NCBI GenBank assembly: GCA_964016885.1
Contig: OZ024742.1
Span: forward strand, 204,104,001 to 204,168,000
Direction: 5' to 3'
Length of the DNA: 64,000 bases
DNA from: Eledone cirrhosa
Taxonomy: Eukaryota
This document shows positions 54,501 to 64,000 of the stretch, piece by piece. The notes beneath the pieces were generated by a model. The model ran no database searches. It was not told where the DNA came from and saw only the letters and a program-made list of their open reading frames with translations. The position numbers were made by a program, and so were the translations under genes. The stretch's first letter is position 1, and the number at the start of each line of letters is the position of its first letter.

Positions 54501-57500
54501 GACCGAGATATATGATGGAGCGATGCCAGGATGCCATGATGTACATACGGAAGTACGGCAATCCTTCGTTCTTCATCACAATGACATGCAATCCAAACTG
54601 GCCTGAAATCCGGCAAAACCTATTCCTGAATCAGAAGCCACACGACAGGCCAGATTTAATTGCCAGAGTATTTGACCTGAAGCGGAAACTGTTAAGAAAG
54701 TATTTTACTGGAGTAGATGGCCTATTTGGCTAGTGCATTGCTTACATGCTGACAGTCGAATATCAAAAGCGAGGTCTTCCTCATGTGCACTGTTTGCTAT
54801 GGCTCAATGAAGCCTCCAAGCCCAGACCGCAGGAATATGATAAATTTGTTCAAGCCGAAATACCAGATCCAAACAAAGGTCCAGAGGGTCATGAATTGGT
54901 GCTGAAGCACATGATCCACGGTCCGAATAGCTCTAACAATTCGCCGTGTTGCAAAGATGGAACGTGCAGTAAGCGGTCTCCTAAGCCTTTCAAAGAATAT
55001 ACATTGTGTGGAGAGGACGCTTATCCTGTGTACAGAAGACGGTCTCCAGGAATGGGAGGATTTGAGGGCCACCAAGAAGGAAGGGGAAGCTGAAATATAA
55101 CTTCGAAATGGGTGGTTCCCTACAATATGAAACTATTAAAACTGTTCAACTGCCACCTAAACGTAGAGATGTGCTCTTCCGTGAAATCGATCAAATACGT
55201 TATCAAATATACCATGAAGGGCAATGATCAGGCAATGTTTGGAGTGAACAGGGAAGATGAGATAATACAGTATTTAACAGGAAGATATATCGGTCCTTCA
55301 GAAGCTGTTGCCTTGGTACTTGGATTTCCAATTCATGAGTGAGAGCCGGCCGTATTTCGCCTTCAAGTTCATCTACCTGAGGAAAATCAAATCTTCTTTC
55401 GGGTCAATGCTGCTGCTAAAGTAAACAATAACATGGCTAAGACGACTCTGACTGAGTTCATGTATCTTTGCGATTGCGATCCGTTTGCAAAAACATTGTA
55501 TTATGCCGATGTCCCAAAGTTTTACACTTGGAGTAATAAGAGATGGGAAAGGAGAAAGGTGGGGGAAAACAGTTGAGCAGTATCCAAGGATTTTTGAGGC
55601 GAACGTTTTCGGACGAGTATACACTGTTTCTCCACGAAGTGGTGACCTGTATTATTTAAGACTCCTTCTGCATCACGTCAAAGGGCCAGTATCCTTCAAC
55701 TCTTTGAAAATGTGTGATGGAGAACTCCTGCCATTATTCAAAGACGTCTGCAGAGAGAAAGGTTTGCTTCAATCGGATGATCATTGGCAGCAGACTCTGG
55801 AAGATGCTGAGCGAACAAGGCTTCCCAAAGCCACGAGAGATCTATTCATCGTGCTCCTCACAAATACGGAAATTGACAATTCCAGTGCTTTATGGGTTCG
55901 ATTTAAGCATTCGCTGTCTGAGGATTACCTTCAAATATAAAAAAAGGGCTTCCAGAAACTCTAACCTTTTGATTAGCGAGAGACATTATGATCAATGTCT
56001 TCTGTATTTTGAAGACAAACTTAACGACCTGGGCAAAAGTCTTAGTGACTTTAACTTGCCAAGGCCAAATAATATTGTTGCTAATCAGGATATTGGCAAT
56101 TTGGAGTTATTGCATGAATTGCAATACAGCAGAGAAGAGCAGCGACGATTTGTAGAAGAGACGGAGTCTCTATTGAATAGTGAACAAAAACACGTGTATG
56201 ACTTCGTTTGTAACAGTTTAGAGACGAACACATCTGCATTGATTTTCATTGACGCTCCAGGTGGAACAGGAAAGACATTCCTGATTAACTTAATTCTTTC
56301 AAAAGTCAGGGAAAACGGTGACGTGGCTATTGCTGTTGCATCATCTGGCATTGCCGCGGCACTTATGCCCGGTGGAAGAACAGCGCATTCTAGGTTCAAA
56401 ATACCGATAGTAGTGAAAGAAAATGGCCTGTGCAACATTGATAAAAACTCAAAGACGGCAAACGTCTTCTAGCATACAAGGCTGATTGTTTGGGATGAGT
56501 GTCCTATGATTCGGAGGGAAAGCTTCGAAGCAGTTGACCTCACTCTGCGTGACATATGCGACAACAATGAGGCATTCGGTGGAATTTTGACAATTTGCTG
56601 TGGCAATTTTCGTCAGCTTCTTCCCGGTAGTGAAAAGGAGAAATGAAGCGGACGTGGAAAACGCCTGCATTAAAAAATCCTACTTATGGTGAAGCTTCAA
56701 AAGATTTCAGTTGAAGACAAACATGCGATCGGGTGGGGGAACAGGAGACTATTCACAGTTCCTATTGGATATTGGAGAAGATAAAAAAAAAACTGAAAAT
56801 GAGGAAATTATTTTGTCAAAAGAAATGGTTCTCCAAGCAACAACTATGGAAGAATGTATTGATTTCATCTACCTCTCATTCGACAATCCAGCTGAAGTGT
56901 TTTCGAACAATTGCATCTTAGTACTTCTCAATGAAATGATGAGAAGCATCAATTCCACCTCTATCAGATGCTTCCCTGGAACCATAAAAGGGTATTGATC
57001 CTATAATTCTGTGAGTGATGTGCCAATTCCACTCATTTCCCGACTGAATTCCTTGATTCGATTGAACTATCAGGACTGCCACCACATAACCTGGAATTGA
57101 AAAAAGGATCGCCAATAATTCTTATGAGAAACTTGAATCCTCCAAGGCTTTGTAATGGAACGCGCATGATCGTGGGAGAACTGCACGACAATCTTATAGT
57201 AGCAAGAATCAACACTGCTGCTTTCAGAAATGAGATAGTTATGATACCTAGAATAAGAATTAATCTATCCGAAGGTGAGGATATCACTTTGCAGCGAAGC
57301 CAATTCCCAGTTCAATCGTGCTTCGCTATGACTATTCATAAAGCACAAGGACAAACTATGGAAAACGTCTTGGTTTATCTGGAACGACCTGTATTCCAAC
57401 ACGGTCAACTATATGTAGCCTTTAGCCGCGGAAAACGAAAAGAAAATGTCAGAGTGTTTCTGAAGGATACCCAGTCAACTAAGAATGTTGTCATCAAAAG

Positions 57501-58310
57501 CATTCTTTAAACAAACTGTAACAGCGTAAATCTGAGAAAATGTTGATTTCGACGTCAGAAAATGAAAGGAAAAGGAAAAACTAAGACAAGTAAAATTAAT
57601 TTCTTTCAAATTTTTGTAAATAAAACCAGCTTTTCATTAACATTGCAACTTTTTAAGCAGAAAAATCTTTCAGAACAAACAGTCAAGCATCCATAAAGAT
57701 ATAGAAAAAAGAATTTTGAAGTGGAGTGATTGGATAGCTATTAGTGAAAAATGATTTTATATTTTCTTTGTGCAAATACTTGTGAATAATACAGTGAAAA
57801 GACAAGTTTCGCGTAAATCGGACCACGGTTTCCCGAGTTACGCGGGTTTTTTCGGGTACCTTTATAAATAACCAAATCAGCGCATAATGGGAAAATTCTT
57901 TCAAAGTAAGGTACCATTGAAATGTGAATACAAACGCAGATATTGGTTGTGAGAGAGAGAGAGAGAGAGGGGGAGAGAGCTGATGGTGTTGTTGAATGAA
58001 ATTATGACAGGTGACTTCAAAGAATTGAATACAGCATTACTGTATCTACCTTGAATTTGGTGACTGAATATTAAGTTATATGTATCTTATAACTTGTGTA
58101 TGTGTAACCAGTGTATATAGGCCACAGACACCCACACACACAAACATATATATATATATATATACACGTACATATACACACCCACATACACGTATATATA
58201 TATATATTGGCTTTCCAATGTCATTTTACATTATATACATTTTGTGTATATTTTAATTATTTAAAAATTATTTTTAAGTGAACATGACCCAACGGGTCAT
58301 GGGTGGTCTA

Positions 58311-58311
<1 letters not shown>
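51582..58311 (+). mobile_element. Helitron, full-length but decayed (~6.7 kb)
   Basis: 3' hairpin CATGACCC-AAC-GGGTCATG (58283-58301) followed by CTAG (58308-58311) then T; 5' end TATATACTACTAAAAC lacks the canonical TC, so the left boundary is approximate; RepHel remnants inside. Confidence 0.88.
53080..57510 (+). pseudogene. Helitron RepHel (HUH Rep and PIF1-family helicase), many stops and frameshifts
   Basis: CCMNGKV, YDSLQYVLFFP, RLFQQYLVD, FITMTCNPNWPEI, VEYQKRGLPHVH, YVIKY; helicase DAPGGTGKTF, GRTAHSRFKIP, FAMTIHKAQGQT, HGQLYVAFSR. Confidence 0.95.
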
Positions 58312-58366
<55 letters not shown>

Positions 58367-58405
58367 TATATTTATATAAATATGTATATATAAATATATA
58401 CATAC

Positions 58406-58508
<103 letters not shown>

Positions 58509-58559
58509 GAAAGGTATAGAAAGTATTGTAGCAAGAAGCCAACAGTATTCCATAATATA

Positions 58560-58641
<82 letters not shown>

Positions 58642-58799
58642 CGATTTTTTATCGTATGGTTGATTTTAGACTTGTTCTATGTGTGACGGTATTTTAACGA
58701 TAGTTATAGCTCTGATTCATCTGAATTATTGAGCCCTCTGCCGCTCATTTCGAATATTGTTTATCGTGAACTCGTGCGCCGATTTTTCGATACTCGATC

Positions 58800-58893
<94 letters not shown>

Positions 58894-58932
58894 ATATGTA
58901 TATATGTATATGTATATGTATATATGTATATG

Positions 58933-58963
<31 letters not shown>

Positions 58964-59164
58964 GTATATATATGTATATGTATATATATATATATGTATA
59001 TATATACATATATATATATATATATACATACATATATATATATACATATATATATATAGTAATAATAATAAATTTCAAGACTAAAATCCAAAGAGGGCTC
59101 GATAAGGATAAATATATATCAAATATATAAGAACCGTAGAGCACTCTACTGTCTTATATTCATC

Positions 59165-61270
59165 ATGCAGAAACAACATCTGAATATTTCTACAAAGAAC
59201 ATACCCGTACCAAGCAGGAAAACATACCTAAAACTCCTGATACAGAAAACAGACGCGTTCATTAAATGGTTGCGTTGGCGTGCCTTTTATTTCGATAACC
59301 CGCGAAAAGCAGATAACAAACAGGATAAATTTGGAATTAAAACCTATAATAAACCCCCGTGTAACCCAGCATTGCTACCCTTCGAAAATGATGTCTTGGA
59401 ACTCATTCGGAGTATCAAATTTCGGAATAGGAGCAATTCCTTCCAGCAAGACCTGAATAATAGAATTCGTTCTATTAAGGATTCTAATGCCGTGCACGTC
59501 CATTCCGACAAAACTGGCAACCTATATCAAGTGGAGCGCAGTAGTTACCATCAACTACTACATAATGCTGTAACTAAGGATTACCGTAAAACTAATCGGT
59601 GCGTCATCAATGAAATCAACGATGCTGGGTTTAAAATCACATCTGATCTCAACATCCTGGACCGGACCGAACCTCTGGACAGGACCGAACCTCTGGACCC
59701 TATTTCTCCCCACTTTACCCTGAAGGATCACAAATCCAATTTTCAGAACAACCCCTCTATTCGGTTTATTAACCCTACGAAGTCCGATTTAGGTAGACTT
59801 AGTAAAACGATTCTTGATAGAATTATACCTGAAATTAGAAGTTTGGCCCATCTTGCCCTGTGGAACAATTCTTTCGCGGTGATTGATTGGTTCAACGGCA
59901 TATGTAACAAGGAACATTGCCGTTTTATCCAATTCGACATCAACAATTACTACTCCTCCATCACTTTACTACTTTTCCTTAGAGCTATCAATTTCGCTAA
60001 AACACTCACAGTGGTTAAGGATTTCGAAGTTGATGTCATCCTCAATGCCCGAAAGACGGTGATTAATTTCGACGACTCTATTTGGATTAAAAAATCCAAT
60101 AGTACCCCATTCGACGTGAGTATGGGCGCCAGCGATTCTGCGGAGGTTACTGATCTTATCGGCCTTTTCCTTCTTTTCTCTATCAAGGACGAATTCCCCA
60201 ACGCGGGCGGTGGTTTGTACCGTGACGATTGTCTTTTGACCATGACTAAGTGCGGACCTCGTGCTTGCGACAGGTTCAGAAAAGAACTCACAGCCTTCTT
60301 TAAAGGCTTCAACCTCTCTATACAGGTTGAGGCCAATCTCTCGGTCGTTAATTACCTTGACGTTACCCTCAATTTATTGAATGGGTTGTATTACCCGTAT
60401 AGAAAGCCGAATGATACGCTTAATTACATAAGTAAGCATTCCAACCATCCTGCCAGCATAACCAAGAACCTGGTCAGAAACGTTTCGTTGAGGCTTTCCC
60501 GTCTTTCTACCAACGAGCGTATTTTTAACGACCATTCCACTTATTACAATGAAGCTCTTGCTCGAAGTGGATTTATCGATAAGGTAGCATATACTGAGTA
60601 CGAAAATAGACCTAGAAGAAATAGATCCCGTCGCATTATATGGTATAACCCACCAGATAATATGGAGGTGGCCACACCATTAGCTAAGATCTTTCTTTCC
60701 CTTATTACGAAGCATTTTCCCCCTACACATAAATATAGTAACATTTTTAATAGAAATACTATTAAAATTTCTTACTCTACGACTCCTAACCTTGCACATA
60801 ACATCACAGCTTCAAATTTAGCTAAACTACCTAGCCGTAGGAACACGTGCAACCCTGTAGTTAGTACTAACTGTAATTGTAGGAATCGGGTTGATTGCCC
60901 CCTATCCGGGAAATGCCTCTCTAGTAACATTGTCTACAAATGTAAGGTTGTAACACCCACGTCCCGTAGGGCCTACATAGGGTTAACCGCCAATAGATTC
61001 AAGCAGCGTCTTTACACGCATACCCATTCTTTTCGTTACCCTCTAAGAAGGAATATAACGTCACTTTCAGCTTATATCTGGAGTCTAAAAGACAACCACA
61101 CCCAATATAAGTTACACTGGGAGATCCTAACTAGCGCTAGATCGTATAACGGAAATAAAAGACCATTTGACCTCTGCGCCGCTGAGGCCCTGGAAATACT
61201 CTACGCCACAGACCACATCTTAAACAAAAAATCTGAGGCAATTTCGGCTTGTAAACATAAATTGCACTAA
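59165..61270 (+). CDS. Penelope-like element polyprotein: RT, Cys-rich linker and C-terminal GIY-YIG endonuclease (701 aa, no internal stop)
   Basis: SDKTGNLY, QFDINNYYSSI, FDVSMGASD, LYRDD, NYLDVTLNL, CNCRNRVDCPLSGKC, IVYKC...YIGLT...FKQR, CKH. Confidence 0.92.
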   Translation: MQKQHLNISTKNIPVPSRKTYLKLLIQKTDAFIKWLRWRAFYFDNPRKADNKQDKFGIKTYNKPPCNPALLPFENDVLELIRSIKFRNRSNSFQQDLNNRIRSIKDSNAVHVHSDKTGNLYQVERSSYHQLLHNAVTKDYRKTNRCVINEINDAGFKITSDLNILDRTEPLDRTEPLDPISPHFTLKDHKSNFQNNPSIRFINPTKSDLGRLSKTILDRIIPEIRSLAHLALWNNSFAVIDWFNGICNKEHCRFIQFDINNYYSSITLLLFLRAINFAKTLTVVKDFEVDVILNARKTVINFDDSIWIKKSNSTPFDVSMGASDSAEVTDLIGLFLLFSIKDEFPNAGGGLYRDDCLLTMTKCGPRACDRFRKELTAFFKGFNLSIQVEANLSVVNYLDVTLNLLNGLYYPYRKPNDTLNYISKHSNHPASITKNLVRNVSLRLSRLSTNERIFNDHSTYYNEALARSGFIDKVAYTEYENRPRRNRSRRIIWYNPPDNMEVATPLAKIFLSLITKHFPPTHKYSNIFNRNTIKISYSTTPNLAHNITASNLAKLPSRRNTCNPVVSTNCNCRNRVDCPLSGKCLSSNIVYKCKVVTPTSRRAYIGLTANRFKQRLYTHTHSFRYPLRRNITSLSAYIWSLKDNHTQYKLHWEILTSARSYNGNKRPFDLCAAEALEILYATDHILNKKSEAISACKHKLH

Positions 61271-63124
61271 ACTTTCCTGTATTACAGCCCCACGTTATAC
61301 CCTAACGGATAGTACGATCTATACGTGGATATTTTACGTCTTGATGTGGGAGCTAAGTATATGTTTTGTTTATACCATTACTTATTTGCATAGGTAAGTA
61401 TATATTACCCGTATGTTTCGTGAAGGTACGTATACCTTCTCGTACGTATATTTGTTTGTATATGTTATGGCGTATAATTTATTTTTTTTTTATTTTTTTT
61501 TTTTTATTCTGGTACATATGGTTTGGCTATGTGTATACGGGAGTTTTGCGTCTGTGTGATTATGCAGGTTCGTATGTATGTAGGGTGTGTGTATATGTGT
61601 ACTTCATGTTTTGGTTGACTTAAGTCTCCGAACATTCGTGCATTTACATGTAGGTATGTGTGTGCACTTGTTATATACGTATTTATTTATTTATATACGT
61701 TTATATAATTATTTATTTATTTGTATACACGCATACACACACACACACATATTTATATGTGCGTGGTTTTGTATACCTATAGTAATTGTTTTGCTTATGC
61801 TTGTGTATGTACGTATTTGTTTGCGTGTATGTATTTATTTATTTCTATTACTTCTGTATTGTATTTATTTACTTTGTTCTTAACTCTGTAGCGGAGATTC
61901 ATTCGGTCTCCTAGTTAGAATTTTAGTCTACGACTTCTGCTATACCATTTACGTGGTTTTGTCTTTGCGTGCTATTGTTCTCTACGCTCCACATATGACG
62001 TATTATCTTCGTTTTTTTCGTTCATTGCCAGAGAACGTCTCTATGAACCACGTAAGAGAACATTAGTCTACGACCTCTTTTATACCATAAACGTGGTTTT
62101 GTCTTTGCGCGTAATTGTTTTTCACCGCTCCTATCTGTTAGAACACGAAAAGTGTGAAACACAGAATGTTCACTTTTCGTGTTCTAACATATATGCCTAG
62201 CTTCTTAAAAAATTTTTCGGGGATAGCCGTGGTGGTGGTGATCGTATGTCATTGGCTAATTTTCAACCAATCAGAGTACCTCTCTCTATATCTCTTCCAC
62301 TGTTACTTACGCCTGTTTCTCTCTATCTGTTCCGTCTCTATATATATCTCTTACTCTTTCGCTTTGCACTCCTCCCCTTCAATACCATCTCTCCCCCTCT
62401 CTATATATTTGTTACTCTATCGCTGCACGCTCCTCTCCTTCAATATATCAATTACACACGCTTTACACTCCTTTATCCCCAGCGCCCCTATATATACACC
62501 CCCCTCTCCCGCATCTATATTTTAATGTACCGTTGCACCGTGAATATATGTGTCTATATATATATACATATATATTGTATATACACATTCATGTATGTGT
62601 ATACACATTCATGTATGTATATACACTGGTTTTATGTGTGTATTGTAAATTTGTACTGTTAAAACACGAAACTAACATTCGATTGACACTTTGATTACCT
62701 GTACAGGCAATAGTTATTAGAATGCTGTTGAAGTGTGTATATATTTTTGGGGGACATCCTGTATATACACACATTATATATAATACAATAAACAGATAAA
62801 TACACACATATATATATGAGCTTATTTAATTATAAATATTGTGAATTTTTAACTCAGTTCAATTATATATATAAATGGCTTCTACAGGACTAGAACTGTT
62901 TCATTCGAAAGAAATCATCATAATATTGAGAGGGGGGACTAGATAAAATATTTCAAATCAAATGTGTATAAGTTATAAGTTAAAATGTATAAATAGAGAC
63001 GATAGTGGAGGTATATCTGTTTAGTGGAACAGTAGACGATAGAATTAAATACAGACGGTAATCTCCCTTTAATGAAACAGCAGACGATAGAATTAAGGCA
63101 ATTTAAATTTTAAGCATTTGCATT

Positions 63125-63176
63125 TTTGCCTTTCATCGTTACGGGGTCGATAAAATAAAGTACCAGTAATACACTG
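63125..63176 (+). mobile_element. SINE core fragment (family of 33174-33566)
   Basis: TTTGCCTTTCATCGTTACGGGGTCGATAAAATAAAGTACCAGTAATACACTG. Confidence 0.8.
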
Positions 63177-63532
63177 TCACTAGACGACTTTCAAATTGAA
63201 TTGTTGGTTCCATTTCTTTAGTATTTTCAATTGTAGTTATCTACTTAAAAAGCGTTACACGGTTAGAGACATAATTCGTAAGTTATATCTTCCCTATTAA
63301 ACCATTGCATTATTTCGCCTACAATAGAACAAAAATGAAATGTTCTTTAAAGAAACAGGAATATAACTTTATAAAAAAAAAAGTTGCATCCGCTTCTTTT
63401 ATCATTGATAATTTTTTCGTTTTAATATTAATTGTTTTTTGTAGTTGTTTATATTAAAAATCTTATTGTAATATTTACTTAAACGAAGGCAAACATCTAA
63501 ACTTATAGATTAATCTTGAGCGAAGGACTAGA

Positions 63533-63609
<77 letters not shown>

Positions 63610-64000
63610 GAAGAATGATAAAATTTCAAGCAAAGAGTTTAATTAGGTATATTTTGTAATATTATTAACTAATTATTATAATTAACGCGCATATTTTGCT
63701 ATCCTCAAACACGTTTACACATGGCATGAAATATAACTAATCCGAGATGGCTAGGTTTCATCTTCTAACTGGATAAACGAAATCCATTATGTCTTGACAA
63801 CAACATGAGGTAACATTATGTTATTCACAGACACACTTTGTACACTGTTCCATATCAGAATGTATTTCCTTCGTCACATTCACAAACAGTATTGAAAATA
63901 TGTTCTTCGGCAAATAAAAATGTTTTGTTCATAATATTTCAACTAGCGATTGCTCTACTTCACGCACGACCACCATAAATTAATGACCAGCTCAACACAA

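Noticed and set aside
55714-57510. Host PIF1 helicase gene
   Set aside because: It is fused to a Helitron Rep region, broken by stops, and bounded by a Helitron 3' terminus.
62720-62763. Tc1/mariner-type MITE (minus-strand TACAGGATGTCCCCCAAAA)
   Set aside because: Only one TIR-like end is visible; no partner found.

Overview
Eukaryotic, repeat-saturated genomic DNA with no recognisable host gene. The SINE types and the extreme (TA)n/(CA)n load suggest a cephalopod such as Octopus (inference). Bases 1-18852 are a ~51-bp satellite array with higher-order structure and a near-exact 6913-bp tandem duplication. The rest is a nested transposon landscape: a Tx1/L1-like 3' fragment, a mariner with 21-bp TIRs, RTE LINEs (one near-intact, one truncated, one 5'-inverted, one bipartite non-autonomous derivative), tRNA-type SINEs, a ~6.7-kb decayed Helitron, and many Penelope-like elements (PLEs), one with an uninterrupted RT + GIY-YIG ORF. 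The most notable signals are (i) several type I hammerhead ribozyme motifs, one canonical and several with a compensatory U3:A8 core, and (ii) a recurrent head-to-head, tails-out insertion architecture in (TA)n tracts at scales from ~0.2 kb to ~15 kb. All calls were made by eye; coordinates of degenerate ends are approximate.
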